64,000 nt of DNA from an uncultured candidate division Zixibacteria bacterium (lineage in GTDB: Bacteria; Zixibacteria; MSB-5A5; GN15; FEB-12), in assembly GCA_963664195.1 (NCBI GenBank), contig OY760907.1, positions 2,624,001 to 2,688,000 on the forward strand. The letters run 5' to 3'. The position numbers and the translations under genes are program-made. Below are positions 9,336 to 20,830 of this stretch, in pieces. Positions within the stretch are counted from its first letter, which is position 1, and every line of letters begins with the position of its first letter. Below the pieces are notes generated by a model that made no database searches, was not told the origin of the DNA, and saw only the letters and a program-made list of their open reading frames with translations.

Positions 9336-9992
9336 CTACAACCGTTCGCCTACCTGCACCGAGACGCCCTCACCTTTGCCGTATTTGCCTGTCCGAAGAA
9401 TCTCGTCGATTACCTTCGCGACATAGTCCGGCTTCACATGGTCACCCGGCTCACCGCCAACTATCACTTCGCCGCAATGCTTGCCCTCCGTGTCCGTCAG
9501 CACCAGATGCACCGTGCGTACCCGATCCCTGCCGCTCAGCAATACCACCGCCGCAGTGGCAACATCGAATTCGTTTCGGCTGTATCGGTCATCGGTAGGG
9601 GAGATGTCGTCGTAGAGGTTGGTGGTGTCGGTCTCGGGGACGTAGTCGGACAGCGTGCCGCCGTGGAGTTCGACCGTGATCGTCCCCGTGACCGGGAAGT
9701 TCTCCCCGAACGTATAGCCGTAGTCATGGGTGAGTTTCGATTGGAGCCTGTCAATGAATTCCGTGCAGTAACTCTCATGCGACCGCCAGGCCTTCGAGGC
9801 CTGCGAGGCCTGCGAGGCCGACGTCTTGTCAGTGGCGCTCTCTTCCGCCCAGACAATTTTCCAATGCTCGACCGTGCGAATCTCGCCGGAAATCGAGCTG
9901 TGCTTGACGGTCGGTCCCCCGCATCCAATGACAGTCACAATCGCTGCCAGCATCAGGCAAACGAAGGCTATTGTACTCAGCGTTCTGTTCAT
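9336..9992 (-). CDS. Hypothetical lipoprotein
   Basis: Lipobox VIG-C after hydrophobic stretch. Confidence 0.65.
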   Translation of the reverse strand: MNRTLSTIAFVCLMLAAIVTVIGCGGPTVKHSSISGEIRTVEHWKIVWAEESATDKTSASQASQASKAWRSHESYCTEFIDRLQSKLTHDYGYTFGENFPVTGTITVELHGGTLSDYVPETDTTNLYDDISPTDDRYSRNEFDVATAAVVLLSGRDRVRTVHLVLTDTEGKHCGEVIVGGEPGDHVKPDYVAKVIDEILRTGKYGKGEGVSVQVGERL

Positions 9993-10005
9993 GTCGAGTC
10001 TATCC

Positions 10006-10599
10006 TCAGCTATGATCGTTTTCGATAGCTTCGTTCAGGAGCACCATGTGAACGTGATCCTCCCAGACGCCGTTGATTTTGAGATACTTTCGGGCGAGGC
10101 CTTCGTTGACAAACCCCAGTTTTTCGACTACGCGTACTGAGGGGAGATTTCTCGGAATGATGTTGGCCTCAATACGATGGAGCTTGATTTCGTTGAAAGC
10201 ATAATCTACCAATGCTTGCAGTGCCTCAGTAGTGTAGCCGCGTCCTACCTCCAGTTCGTCCAGTTTGTAGCCGAGGATAGCCGAGAGAAACACGCCGTAG
10301 ACGATATTACTCAGGACAACAACTCCGAGTGTCCGCTCGAAATACCTGTCGGCCTCGCGGAATATCCACAGCCGGCAGCCCTGCCCGGCGCGCGCCTGCG
10401 CTTCATCCTGCTTGAGCAGACTCACCTGATAGTCGTGGGTGAAAAACTCCGGCCTGCGTTTCGGCTCCCATGGTTCGAGAAAGCCCCGGTTGCGGGTATA
10501 GTAGTCGAGGGTGCGGTCAGCGAAACGCTCGTCGAGGCCTTTCAGAACGAGGCGTTCGGTTCGCAACTCCAACTGCGGGTCTATAATCGGTATCTGCAT
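10006..10599 (-). CDS. RimJ-like GNAT N-acetyltransferase
   Basis: TERL, LGY, GRGY, LHRIEANIIPRN, EKLGF, INGVWEDH. Confidence 0.85.
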   Translation of the reverse strand: MQIPIIDPQLELRTERLVLKGLDERFADRTLDYYTRNRGFLEPWEPKRRPEFFTHDYQVSLLKQDEAQARAGQGCRLWIFREADRYFERTLGVVVLSNIVYGVFLSAILGYKLDELEVGRGYTTEALQALVDYAFNEIKLHRIEANIIPRNLPSVRVVEKLGFVNEGLARKYLKINGVWEDHVHMVLLNEAIENDHS

Positions 10600-10706
10600 G
10601 TCTCTATTAACCTGTGGAACGAATGAAAGTCTATGGTCGCCTATTTTGTACTCTCCACCGGGCGGAAAGATACGCTAAACGTTGTCACTGCGCCAGTTTC
10701 AAACGC

Positions 10707-11669
10707 TCAAACGATTGCCAGTTCTCCGGGATACGGTCGAAAGCAGCTCTGCTCTCTGATGAAGCTCTTGTCATAGCGCACCGCCCAGATCTGGACCGTT
10801 TTGCGCACGGCGGCGATAGGCAGCTCGCCCGCTCGATACTTGTCGAGAGCTGCGTGGAACTGCTTCTTCTCGTGGGCGCTTAAGTGCACCCCGTAGTGCC
10901 CCGGCGCCGGTTCGTACAGTTTGGCAAGTGATTCGCGCCGGGGCGGACGTTTCAGGGCGGCATAGAGGTGCTTACGGTATTGTGAGAAGCTTGCCGCAAC
11001 GTCATCCACTGATCCTTCGACAATGCCATCCAGTAGGCTAGCTTGTTTCTGGTTGTAGGCGGCAAGTTGCAAGGCTGAGTATTCATGGAACCGCCGCAGG
11101 GCGCTGACAGACCCAAGACGTGTCGCACGCCGGAACTCGGCCAGTAGATAGAGCTTCGTTAGCCAGTGCTCGCGGATGCGCGGATCGCTCAAGCCTTCTT
11201 CATCTTCAAAGGCCAGACCCTCGAATTGCAACCGCATGGCGTCGGCAAAGAGACCGCTGGAACGCCCGGCAACGGGGGCTGTTTCTCTCCTGGATGTGAA
11301 GAACTTCGTCCCGCGAAGGCCGCACGAGGGTGATTTCCGCTTCAGAATGAACCCATCGGCCACAGACTCGCCAGCCTCATTCACCAACGAATCGGCATAA
11401 AAACTCGCAAATCCCGCCATGTCTCCTGTCAGATCGCGTTTGGTGGCCGGTTGGTAGAGAATGCGCTTGTTCTTCGAAATCTGGATGACTCGTATCTTCG
11501 CGCGCGGACAGCCGAGGCCAATCTCCATTTCAGGGCACACCGGCACGAATTCGACCCACGGTTTCAAAGCGTGAACAAACGGACACACCACGCGTTCACT
11601 ATCGTAACGACAGGACGCGAACTCGAGGCATTTGGAGACGACAACTATCGGTTTGGCGAATCTTCGCAT
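10707..11669 (-). CDS. DUF523 (TudS-like) + DUF1722 (YbgA) protein
   Basis: SKCL..CRYD, PVCPE, KSPSCG, EDEEGL, C-terminal FRPYP. Confidence 0.8.
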   Translation of the reverse strand: MRRFAKPIVVVSKCLEFASCRYDSERVVCPFVHALKPWVEFVPVCPEMEIGLGCPRAKIRVIQISKNKRILYQPATKRDLTGDMAGFASFYADSLVNEAGESVADGFILKRKSPSCGLRGTKFFTSRRETAPVAGRSSGLFADAMRLQFEGLAFEDEEGLSDPRIREHWLTKLYLLAEFRRATRLGSVSALRRFHEYSALQLAAYNQKQASLLDGIVEGSVDDVAASFSQYRKHLYAALKRPPRRESLAKLYEPAPGHYGVHLSAHEKKQFHAALDKYRAGELPIAAVRKTVQIWAVRYDKSFIREQSCFRPYPGELAIV

Positions 11670-11876
11670 TTTCTATCCGGTCTTTGACACTGTTTTTCCG
11701 GAGAATCTAAGCGGCTTTGTTGCATCACACAAGATGAAAGCATCGCTTTCGGCGTGTTTTGGCCCTTGCATGGTGGTACTTTACAAACGGTCCGGTACTC
11801 CCTATATTGCGGCTCGCACGGCACAGCGACATGCTTCTCTTGATTGGCCTACAATCACATTAGCAGGGTGTCTTTT

Positions 11877-13682
11877 TTGAAACGAAAAATACGAATCGGC
11901 AACGCCAGCGGTTACTGGGGTGATGATCTGTCAGCAATGAAGCGGCAGCTCACCGGTGGACCGCTTGACTACATTACGATGGACTTTCTGGCCGAGATTA
12001 CAATGTCCATCCTCCAGCGACAACGGCGCCAGTCGCCCGATCTTGGCTATGCGGTTGATTTTCTGTCACAACTTGAGGAATGTCTGCCCCTGATTGTCAA
12101 AAAGAACGTCCGGGTGATAAGCAACGCCGGCGGCATCAACCCGATCGGACTGGGGCGCAAGATCGTTGCCCTGGCGCAGTCAATGGGATTGAATATCAAA
12201 GTCGGTGTGGTCTATGGTGATGATATCGCCGACCAACTCTACGAACTCTCGGCGGCCGGTGAAAGATTTACGAACATGGAGACGGGCGAGAGCTTCTACG
12301 ATGTTCGCTCAAGCATCACCACGGCCAATATCTATCTCGGTGCCGAACCGGTGGTCAAGGCGCTCGAAGCGGGTTGTCAGATAGTCGTTACAGGTCGTGT
12401 GACCGATACCGGTATCACACTTGCCCCGATGATCCATGAGTTCGGATGGGCGATGGACGACTGGGATAAGATGGCGGCCGGTATTGTCGCCGGGCACATG
12501 ATTGAGTGCGGCGCACAGGCGACCGGCGGAAATATAACAGACTGGCAGGATGTAAAGAACTACGACAACATCGGGTATCCCATTATCGAGATGAGCAACT
12601 CCGGCGAGTTCATTGTCACCAAACACAGAAACACCGGTGGCATGGTATCCGAGAAGACGGTTAAGGAACAGCTTGTCTACGAGATGGGCGACCCCGCTTC
12701 TTATATTTCACCCGATGGTGTCGCTCGGTTCGACACGGTGCAGATTAAGGCTGTCGGTCCGAACAAAGTCAAGGTTTGGGGAATCCAGGGAATGCCGGAA
12801 CCCGATTTCCTCAAAGTGTCCATGTCCTACGATGACGGCTACAAAGCCTCAGGCGAGGTGCTGGTCTCCGGACCGGACATCCACGCCAAAGCAGAGTCGA
12901 TTGCTTCGATCTTCTGGAACAAGCTGAACTATGAATATGAATCTTCTCGGACGGAGATGATCGGCACCGGCTCGATCTGGCCGCGGCAGTTGACTTCCTG
13001 TGAGGCCAACGAAATCCTGTTACGATTTGGTGTCCGTGATCACGACCGCAGTAAAGTTGAGCAATTCGGCAAAGCGCTATCGACTTTGATTCTCTCCGGA
13101 CCCGCGGGCATGGCCGTCACCGGACAGGGGAGACCCAAGCCGAAGTCCGTCATCGCATATTGGCCGGCACTGATACACCGTAGTCGTGTGAAGGCCAAGG
13201 TATTGGTGATAGGGACGGGCGGCGAGGAAGACTTCCACGAGATTTCATTCCCGATTCGCGTGCGAGAGGTTCCGTCCGAGGCGAAGAAGACCACACGAGC
13301 CGCACGTCCTGTGATCAAGGCTAAAGGCCGTCTCAAGACAGTACGTTTACAGGAAATCTGCTATGCCCGATCCGGCGACAAGGGAGACACCTGCAACATC
13401 GGTGTGCTTGCCCGTTCGCCCGAAGTTTATGATTGGATAATCGGGAATCTCACGCCGGCGATCGTCAAGAAGTTCTTTGCGGGCATCACGTTCGGCAAAG
13501 TTGTTCGCTACGAACTCGACAATATACAGGCGCTGAACTTCCTGCTTGAGCAGACGCTCGACGGGGGAGGAACGCGTTCGCTGATGATAGACCCACAGGG
13601 GAAAACGCTTGCTCAGGCCCTGTTGCAGATGCCGGTCAAAGTACCGGAGTCGCTGTTGGGGCATAAGGCCGGGAAGAAGTAA
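11877..13682 (+). CDS. AtuA-family (DUF1446) protein; start uncertain
   Basis: [36 protein letters not shown]-terminal ARSGDKG and DPQGK. Confidence 0.85.
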   Translation: MKRKIRIGNASGYWGDDLSAMKRQLTGGPLDYITMDFLAEITMSILQRQRRQSPDLGYAVDFLSQLEECLPLIVKKNVRVISNAGGINPIGLGRKIVALAQSMGLNIKVGVVYGDDIADQLYELSAAGERFTNMETGESFYDVRSSITTANIYLGAEPVVKALEAGCQIVVTGRVTDTGITLAPMIHEFGWAMDDWDKMAAGIVAGHMIECGAQATGGNITDWQDVKNYDNIGYPIIEMSNSGEFIVTKHRNTGGMVSEKTVKEQLVYEMGDPASYISPDGVARFDTVQIKAVGPNKVKVWGIQGMPEPDFLKVSMSYDDGYKASGEVLVSGPDIHAKAESIASIFWNKLNYEYESSRTEMIGTGSIWPRQLTSCEANEILLRFGVRDHDRSKVEQFGKALSTLILSGPAGMAVTGQGRPKPKSVIAYWPALIHRSRVKAKVLVIGTGGEEDFHEISFPIRVREVPSEAKKTTRAARPVIKAKGRLKTVRLQEICYARSGDKGDTCNIGVLARSPEVYDWIIGNLTPAIVKKFFAGITFGKVVRYELDNIQALNFLLEQTLDGGGTRSLMIDPQGKTLAQALLQMPVKVPESLLGHKAGKK

Positions 13683-13684
13683 CT

Positions 13685-15292
13685 ATGTTTCGTATCGAGT
13701 CCAAAGTCAGTACCTCCTCCGATCAGTTCAAAGAGAACCGTGAAAAGAACCTGCAACAGCACGCCGAATTCAAAGAGCGCCTAACCAAAGTTAAACTGGG
13801 CGGTCCGGAGAAATCCCGGCAACGTCACGTGGACCGCAAGAAGATGCTTCCGCGTGACCGACTCGCCGGGTTGCTCGACAAGAACACGCCGTTCCTCGAG
13901 TTGAGTTCGCTCGCGGCGTACGACATGTATGACAACAACGCTCCCGCTGCCGGGATTATCACCGGTATTGGGTCAGTCCACGGGCGCGAGGTGATGGTCG
14001 TGGTCAACGATGCCACTGTCAAAGGCGGCACGTACTACCCGATGACAATCCTCAAGCACGCGCGTGCGCAGGAAATTGCCGAGACAAATGGTCTTCCGTG
14101 CGTGTATCTCGTGGACTCGGGAGGTATTTTTCTTCCGCTGCAATCGGGGACGTTCCCCGACAAGGACCACTTTGGGCGTATCTTCTATAATCAAGCGCGA
14201 CTCTCCGCGAAAGGTTTGGCGCAGATTTCGGTGGTAATGGGGTCCTGTACTGCCGGAGGCGCGTATCTTCCGGCCATGTCCGACGAGACCGTGATTGTCC
14301 GCAAGCAGGGGACGATTTTTATCGGCGGACCGCCACTGGTGAAAGCCGCGACGGGTGAAGTTGTCTCCGCCGAAGAACTCGGTGGCGCCGACGTTCACTG
14401 CCGCACCTCCGGCGTTAGTGATCATTACGCCCAGAACGATGCCCACGCCCTCCAGATCGCACGGAATATCGTGGAGAACCTGGAACGCCGCGCTCCGTAT
14501 CCACTGGATCGCACTGCCCCCGAAGACCCATACTATGATCCTGAGGAGTTGTACGGCGTGGTGTCAAATGACCTTCGCAAACCGTTTGATGTCCGCGAAG
14601 TGATCGCGCGCACGGTTGACGGTTCGAGATTTCACGAATTCAAAGAGCTGTACGGCGCCACACTGGTGACAGGGTTTGCGCGGATCATGGGATACCCGGT
14701 CGGTATCATCGGCAACAACGGTGTGCTGTTCAGCGAGTCGTCGGTCAAGGGAGCACACTTCATCGAGTTGTGTACGCAGCGTCGCATCCCCCTGATTTTC
14801 ATGCAGAATATCTCCGGCTTTATCGTTGGCCGTCAGTACGAAGCGGGCGGCATTGCCCGCGACGGCGCAAAGATGGTCCACGCGGTGGCCAACGCCGACG
14901 TTCCCAAATTCACTGTTGTGGTCGGTGGCTCTTACGGTGCCGGTAACTACGCCATGTGCGGCAGGGGGTACTTCCCGCGCCTGATGTGGATGTGGCCCAA
15001 CGCCAAGATCTGCGTGATGGGCGGTGAGCAGGCCGCGGACGTTCTTGCGACGGTGAAGATTCGCCAGCTCGAGAAAGAGGGTAAGAAACTGACGGAGGAC
15101 GAGATCAAGGAAATCCGCCAGCCGATTATCGACAAGTACGAGTCGGAATCGACCCCGTATTACTCCGGCGCACGGCTCTGGGATGATGGCATGATCGGGA
15201 TGACCGAAACCCGCCAGGCGCTGGGACTGGCGATAGCGGCCTCGCTGAACGCGCCGATCCCGGAACAGAAGTACGGCGTCTTCCGGATGTAG
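13685..15292 (+). CDS. liuB: Methylcrotonyl-CoA carboxylase carboxyltransferase (beta) subunit
   Basis: [46 protein letters not shown]. Confidence 0.85.
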   Translation: MFRIESKVSTSSDQFKENREKNLQQHAEFKERLTKVKLGGPEKSRQRHVDRKKMLPRDRLAGLLDKNTPFLELSSLAAYDMYDNNAPAAGIITGIGSVHGREVMVVVNDATVKGGTYYPMTILKHARAQEIAETNGLPCVYLVDSGGIFLPLQSGTFPDKDHFGRIFYNQARLSAKGLAQISVVMGSCTAGGAYLPAMSDETVIVRKQGTIFIGGPPLVKAATGEVVSAEELGGADVHCRTSGVSDHYAQNDAHALQIARNIVENLERRAPYPLDRTAPEDPYYDPEELYGVVSNDLRKPFDVREVIARTVDGSRFHEFKELYGATLVTGFARIMGYPVGIIGNNGVLFSESSVKGAHFIELCTQRRIPLIFMQNISGFIVGRQYEAGGIARDGAKMVHAVANADVPKFTVVVGGSYGAGNYAMCGRGYFPRLMWMWPNAKICVMGGEQAADVLATVKIRQLEKEGKKLTEDEIKEIRQPIIDKYESESTPYYSGARLWDDGMIGMTETRQALGLAIAASLNAPIPEQKYGVFRM

Positions 15293-15371
15293 GGAACGGG
15301 TGCCCTTTCTCTTGTGGATGAAGGAACCGCAGGCGCAGAAGCTGTAAACTGTCATGATGAGTAACGGATAA

Positions 15372-16160
15372 ATGGAATACACGACACTGAAATTCGAAAA
15401 AGACGGACGGGTCGGGCGCGTGACGTTCAACCGGCCCGAGATCCACAACGCCTTCAACTCGACTGTCATCACCGAGATGTCCCACCTCTTCAACGAACTT
15501 GCCTATGATAACGACCTCCGTGTTGTCCTGCTGACCGGCGAGGGCAAGTCATTCTGTGCGGGTGCGGATTTGAACTGGATGAGGGAAGTGATCGACCAGT
15601 CGTTTGAGCAGAACCTGGAAGAATCAAACAAACTTGCCGATCTGTTCTACCAGATTTACACGTTCAAACGCCCTGTCATTGGTCGGATCAACGGTGCGGC
15701 TATTGGTGGCGGTACCGGATTTGTCGCCGTGTGTGATATCGCAGTAGCGGCATCCTCAGCGAAGTTCTCGTTTTCCGAGGTGAAGATCGGTGTGGTGCCG
15801 GCCTGTATCGGACCGTACGTGATCCGGAAAATGGGCGAGGGCAAAGCACGCGAACTGTTCATCACCGGCGAACGGATGAAGGCAAAACGCGCGCACAAAG
15901 TCGGGCTAATCAACAAAGTTGTCGATGATGATAAGCTCGACGAAGAAGTCAACGAGTTGATCGATGCTATCCTGACCTCCGGCCCCGACGCCGTGGCAAT
16001 GGCTAAGAAACTCGTCAGCGAAGTTCCTGCGATGTCCCCCGATCAGTTCAAGCCGTACACGGCTGAAATGATAGCCAGACTCCGTGTCTCCGACGAGGGA
16101 CAGGAGGGGATGGATGCCTTTTTGAATAAGAGAAAACCCCGCTGGGTTACTGAAAAATAA
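15372..16160 (+). CDS. liuC: Enoyl-CoA hydratase, methylglutaconyl-CoA hydratase-like
   Basis: NRPEIHNAF, FCAGADL, SEVKIG, EGQEGM; operon context. Confidence 0.75.
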   Translation: MEYTTLKFEKDGRVGRVTFNRPEIHNAFNSTVITEMSHLFNELAYDNDLRVVLLTGEGKSFCAGADLNWMREVIDQSFEQNLEESNKLADLFYQIYTFKRPVIGRINGAAIGGGTGFVAVCDIAVAASSAKFSFSEVKIGVVPACIGPYVIRKMGEGKARELFITGERMKAKRAHKVGLINKVVDDDKLDEEVNELIDAILTSGPDAVAMAKKLVSEVPAMSPDQFKPYTAEMIARLRVSDEGQEGMDAFLNKRKPRWVTEK

Positions 16161-16223
16161 ACCGTAAAAGCCAGGTGACCTTGCGTGCGCAGACACCGGG
16201 TCACACAGTCTGAGAGCAACAGC

Positions 16224-17735
16224 ATGTTTAAGAAGATTCTGGTAGCCAATCGCTCCGAAATTGCCGTGCGGGTGATCAACGCCTGCCGCGTGATGGGAAT
16301 CGGATCGGTGGCCGTCTACTCCGAGGCTGACAAGAACTCAAAACACACGCGTATGGCCGACGAGGCGGTATTCATCGGACCGCCCTCGCCGAACGAGTCC
16401 TATCTCGATATCGAGAAGATCGTCTCGGCTGCCAAAGAAACCGGCTGCGACGCCATTCATCCCGGTTATGGCTTCCTGGCTGAGAATCATATATTACCGA
16501 AGCGTTGTGTTGAGGAGGGGATGGTTTTCATTGGGCCGACTCCCGAAGCAATGCTGCTGATGGGCAACAAGGTTGAGTCGCGGATCAAAATGACCGAGGC
16601 GGGCGTGCCGCTGGTGCCGGGTATGACCTCAAGTGCCACCGATCCGGCAGTCTTCAGGGAAGCCGCCGACAAGGCCGGATATCCGGTTATGATCAAGGCC
16701 GCGGCGGGCGGTGGCGGCAAGGGAATGCGGGTGGTACACGAGTCCTCGCAACTCGAAGATGCTCTTGAGGCAGCCTCGCGCGAGGCCTTGAACGCCTTTG
16801 GCGACGATACCATTTATCTCGAGAAGTACATTGCCAATCCGCGCCACGTAGAGTTCCAGATTCTGGCTGACACCCACGGTAACACAGTGCATCTGTTTGA
16901 ACGAGAGTGTTCTATCCAACGCCGCCACCAGAAGATTATCGAGGAGACGCCCTCAGTGGCGCTCGATGATGAACTCCGTGCGCGCATGGGAGCGGATGCG
17001 GTCAAGGTTGCGCAGGCTGCTGACTACACGGGTGCCGGCACGGTTGAGTTCCTGCTTGCAAAGGACAAGAGCTATTACTTTCTGGAAATGAACACACGCA
17101 TTCAGGTCGAGCACCCGATTACCGAAATGACTACAGGCATTGATCTCGTCGTGGAGCAGATCAGGGTTGCGGCCGGACTTCCGCTATCGGACGGCGTCAA
17201 GAATGCAACCCAGCGAGGCCATGCGATTGAGTGCCGTTTGTACGCTGAGGACGGTGACAACAACTTCATGCCGAGCATCGGGACGATTCTGCACTACTCT
17301 GAGCCGAGCGGCCCGGGAGTGCGAATCGATTCCGGCATTGCGCAGGGGCAGGAAATTACGATTGACTACGATCCGATCATGGCCAAACTGATCGTTCACG
17401 CGCCAGACCGTGAGAGTGCAATTACGAAAGTCATCGACGCGCTCAACCACTATAAGATTCTGGGCGTGAAGACATCGAAGAGGTTCATGATCGATACCAT
17501 GCTTCATCCGGAGTTTGTCGCGGGGAATACGTACACGAGTTTTATCGAGGAGCACATGGGGGACCGTGAGGCGCTCTCGAATGGTTTTAAAAACGCCGCG
17601 GTGGCGGTTGCGAGTGTGGCAGCGGTTACAACGGCACCTCAGGCGAGCAACGGCGGCGGTGCTGCAACGGGAAGTATTGCCTCGCCCTGGCAGAGCCTCG
17701 GACACTGGGAGATTGGAGATTCGATCCATGAGTAA
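16224..17735 (+). CDS. Biotin carboxylase subunit of acyl-CoA carboxylase
   Basis: LVANRSEIA, HPGYGFLAE, GGGGKG, RECSIQRRHQK, EMNTRIQVEH. Confidence 0.92.
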   Translation: MFKKILVANRSEIAVRVINACRVMGIGSVAVYSEADKNSKHTRMADEAVFIGPPSPNESYLDIEKIVSAAKETGCDAIHPGYGFLAENHILPKRCVEEGMVFIGPTPEAMLLMGNKVESRIKMTEAGVPLVPGMTSSATDPAVFREAADKAGYPVMIKAAAGGGGKGMRVVHESSQLEDALEAASREALNAFGDDTIYLEKYIANPRHVEFQILADTHGNTVHLFERECSIQRRHQKIIEETPSVALDDELRARMGADAVKVAQAADYTGAGTVEFLLAKDKSYYFLEMNTRIQVEHPITEMTTGIDLVVEQIRVAAGLPLSDGVKNATQRGHAIECRLYAEDGDNNFMPSIGTILHYSEPSGPGVRIDSGIAQGQEITIDYDPIMAKLIVHAPDRESAITKVIDALNHYKILGVKTSKRFMIDTMLHPEFVAGNTYTSFIEEHMGDREALSNGFKNAAVAVASVAAVTTAPQASNGGGAATGSIASPWQSLGHWEIGDSIHE

Positions 17736-18222
17736 TCACGAATTCCTTATAGAAGACGAGACGATTGATTCCAGTGCCGAGAAGCACGGCGACGGCTTTC
17801 GTGTGACGGTCGGTGACAGCACGTTCGACGTCCTTCCGCAGGGGAACGGCTTGTTTTCAACGGTTGTCGACGGTCAGAAGAAGCTCGTTGCGGCGGTCAC
17901 CCACCGGGGGACCACGTACGTTGATATCGACTCCGTGTTGATTGAACTGACCGAGCCGTCGGCAGAGGGTTTTGCGGGCGGCGGGGGAGAGACCGGCGAG
18001 AAAGACAAAGTGTTTGCGCCGATGCCGGGCAAGATTGTGAAGATCATGGTTGAGGTCGGCGACAAGGTCGAGAAGAAGCAGCAGGTGGCGATTGTCGAGG
18101 CGATGAAGATGGAGAACCCGGTTCTCGCCAAGGCCGACGGTACGGTCAAAGCGGTCAATTTCGCGGTAGGCGATCAGGTCGACACCGACACGCCGATCGT
18201 GGAGCTTGACCTGGGAGAGTAG
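17728..18222 (+). CDS. Biotin carboxyl carrier protein with N-terminal beta domain
   Basis: APMPG, EAMKME biotinylation motif; overlaps upstream stop. Confidence 0.9.
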   Translation: MSNHEFLIEDETIDSSAEKHGDGFRVTVGDSTFDVLPQGNGLFSTVVDGQKKLVAAVTHRGTTYVDIDSVLIELTEPSAEGFAGGGGETGEKDKVFAPMPGKIVKIMVEVGDKVEKKQQVAIVEAMKMENPVLAKADGTVKAVNFAVGDQVDTDTPIVELDLGE

Positions 18223-18311
18223 GGGAGTTTTGCAGCGCGGACGGCCGGTTAGTACTCTCTCCGGCATTGTGCTCTGCCTGCGTTGCGATGCGGTTCGGAA
18301 GAGGGGATGCG

Positions 18312-20036
18312 ATGAGATTCTGGCATTATGGACGCCTGAGACGTGTCAGCGTGTCAACAAGGCTTCTGTTCGTTTGTGTATTCCTGTTAGCCGGGGGGAT
18401 TGCCCGACCTGTCCTGTCGGGCGATAAGTTTGCGCCGATTGATGAACCATCACCGGAAGTTCCGCAGGCCACCAGCATAGAGGTAGACCTCGATCTGCCG
18501 TACGATTTCATAATTGCGACCATCAGGCAGGCCAGCGATACTCTGCGGCCAACCTCACAGAGGGTCGCCCTGCTCGATTCATGCCTGGGGTTGATTACCC
18601 GACCAATCGTCGAACAGGCCGCGCACGATATGGGGATGGGGCCGGAAATGGCCGGGCGAGCTATCAGCTTGCTCGAGCCGGATCGGAATGTCGCCGCGAG
18701 TGAAATCCGGAAGTCGTTCGACGATATTCTGAAACGAAGAATCGACCTGGGGCAGAGTCGAGAGATATATGATGTGCCGATCCACGACGCTGTCGACAGA
18801 TTGAGCCGTGCGCTGTCCGGATCGTTGTGCAAACTCATGACGCTGGCCCTTCGGCAAACCGCCGCCGCCGTTGCTCCCGATTTGGCGACCGGGCTGTTTG
18901 ACGACCCTTGCGTCGCGGTGATCGAGTCCAGCGTTGGCCGAATTGTTGACCGCCTGGGTCTGATCGCGATTTTGCAGAGTCAACCAAGGTGCGAGTTCGC
19001 TATAAAAAACCACCTTCGTGACAATATTCTGGAAATCGCCACAGTGAAGGATTCGTTTGTTGTGGCCCACTCTGAGAGCTACAACTACGCGCCGCTGCGC
19101 TGGATTCGATTCACGGACTCCAAGGTGAAGACCAGTTCCACTGCGATGGTGCGAGCCGGATTCGATCTGGAGAGGTATCTCGATGTCAAGATTGATGAGG
19201 GCAACTCAACCATAGATATCACGCTGCCGGAGCCTTCGATTCTCTCGGTTGATCCCGATTACCGGATTGAACGGGTCAAATACGGCGTGTACCCCATCGA
19301 CGCTACTGAAATCACGGAGGCGATTGCACAGACCAAGATGAAGCTTCGTCAGGCAGCAATCGAATCCGGTATTCTCGATCACGCGAGGGAAACAGCGTCG
19401 TCAATCATCCCGGCACTCATGGCCCCGCCAACAGCATCCTTCTTTGCCGATTACACGGTGCGAGTGGGTTTTGCGGACGTTGACAATTCGGCGGTTGCGT
19501 CTTTCGAGGATAGGATCGCGGAGGCTCCCACCGATCCGTGGTCGCCGATGGCCGGGTTCAGCAACGCAACATTGTGGAGCCAGCATTTGCTGAAAGGGAT
19601 AAACCCGCTCAGAGTAGGTGTGGCTGCTTTCAAACCGAAGTATCATATCCTCTCCGGCTCGACCCCGAATGAAAGTTACAAGCAGCGGTGCGATGAGTTG
19701 ACGGTCACTTTTGTGAGAGAGCAGCTTACTACGGCCGGTGGAGCATTCGACAAAATGCGGTTTTTCAACGAAGAAGAAACCAGCGACGCTATTTATGCGG
19801 GCTGGGGCAGCGCCGGACTCAGCGACATCGAGGGGCAGCCTTACGCGGGGGGGATTTCGGACTACCATATCGTTTTTCTGGAGGTCACCAATACGGTGGC
19901 GCGCGGGTTTCTAAATTCGCGGCACGAGTGCGCGGTGGTGGCGCGGATATACAAGATGGGTGCCACGGCCCCGACCACTCATTGCGTCCTGATTGTCGAC
20001 AACCCGTACATCGACGCCAAGAAGCTGCTGGAGTAG
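18312..20036 (+). CDS. Exported protein with DUF4230-like domain
   Basis: Signal-like N-terminus; VRAGFDL..IDITLPEPSILSVD..AIESGILDHARE. Confidence 0.55.
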   Translation: MRFWHYGRLRRVSVSTRLLFVCVFLLAGGIARPVLSGDKFAPIDEPSPEVPQATSIEVDLDLPYDFIIATIRQASDTLRPTSQRVALLDSCLGLITRPIVEQAAHDMGMGPEMAGRAISLLEPDRNVAASEIRKSFDDILKRRIDLGQSREIYDVPIHDAVDRLSRALSGSLCKLMTLALRQTAAAVAPDLATGLFDDPCVAVIESSVGRIVDRLGLIAILQSQPRCEFAIKNHLRDNILEIATVKDSFVVAHSESYNYAPLRWIRFTDSKVKTSSTAMVRAGFDLERYLDVKIDEGNSTIDITLPEPSILSVDPDYRIERVKYGVYPIDATEITEAIAQTKMKLRQAAIESGILDHARETASSIIPALMAPPTASFFADYTVRVGFADVDNSAVASFEDRIAEAPTDPWSPMAGFSNATLWSQHLLKGINPLRVGVAAFKPKYHILSGSTPNESYKQRCDELTVTFVREQLTTAGGAFDKMRFFNEEETSDAIYAGWGSAGLSDIEGQPYAGGISDYHIVFLEVTNTVARGFLNSRHECAVVARIYKMGATAPTTHCVLIVDNPYIDAKKLLE

Positions 20037-20128
20037 GGGGGGCTTGACCGTTATCTGTGGCGAACTGCTTGCGGTGCGAACGAGACGCCAATGTCTTGCG
20101 ACGACGAAAAGACTCAAGGAGCACAGAC

Positions 20129-20808
20129 ATGGATGAATGGCGCAAAAGCCTTTCTGACACAATTGGGAAGAACCAACTGGTCGAGATTGACAGAAGTCCG
20201 GTCTGCTCGGAATACGATGAAGGCTTCGTTCTGCGTGTGTCCGACAGGTTTCTACTGATGAGTGTCCTTGATCCCAATATGTATCTCAACGGCTATTCCG
20301 TAGTTCGGTTGGAAGATGTCAAACGGTATAGGGTAATGGACAACGGAGACTCTTTCGCCTCACGCGCGCTAAAACTAAGGGGCATTATGTTTGAACAGCC
20401 GTCAGGCCTGTCTCTCGATACGCTTCCAGACTTGCTTGGGAACCAACTGGCGAACGGCGAATGAGCAGTTTCCTCTCGTCCGCACGATCCACCGTGAGTC
20501 AATGGACGGCGAATGAGCAGTTTCCTCTCGTCACGATCCACCGTGAGTCAATGGACGATTCCGTTTGCTACATTGGCAAGGTCGCCAAATTCACGCCCAA
20601 GACCGTTACTCTGGACAAGATCGATCCCGCCGCCGAATGGAATGAATCCACACGTTACAATCTCAAAGACATCACTCGCGTTGACTTTGGGGGGGGATAT
20701 GAGAACGCGTTGTGGGAAGTCTCCGAGGACGAACGGAAGAAGAGAGAACAGGTCCGCAGAAGGCAAGCTGTGGGGCACAGGAGCCGACGGGGGATTGAAA
20801 ACGAGTAG
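20129..20808 (+). pseudogene. Hypothetical gene disrupted by tandem duplication and frameshift
   Basis: ORFs 20129-20464 and 20461-20808 joined across a 52/49-bp imperfect tandem duplication at 20454-20554. Confidence 0.6.
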
Positions 20809-20830
20809 TCTCAGATCCGCGGCGTTCAGC

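Noticed and set aside
9788..9819. 9-bp tandem repeat encoding ASQASQASK
   Set aside because: Short in-frame linker repeat; no phase-variation effect.
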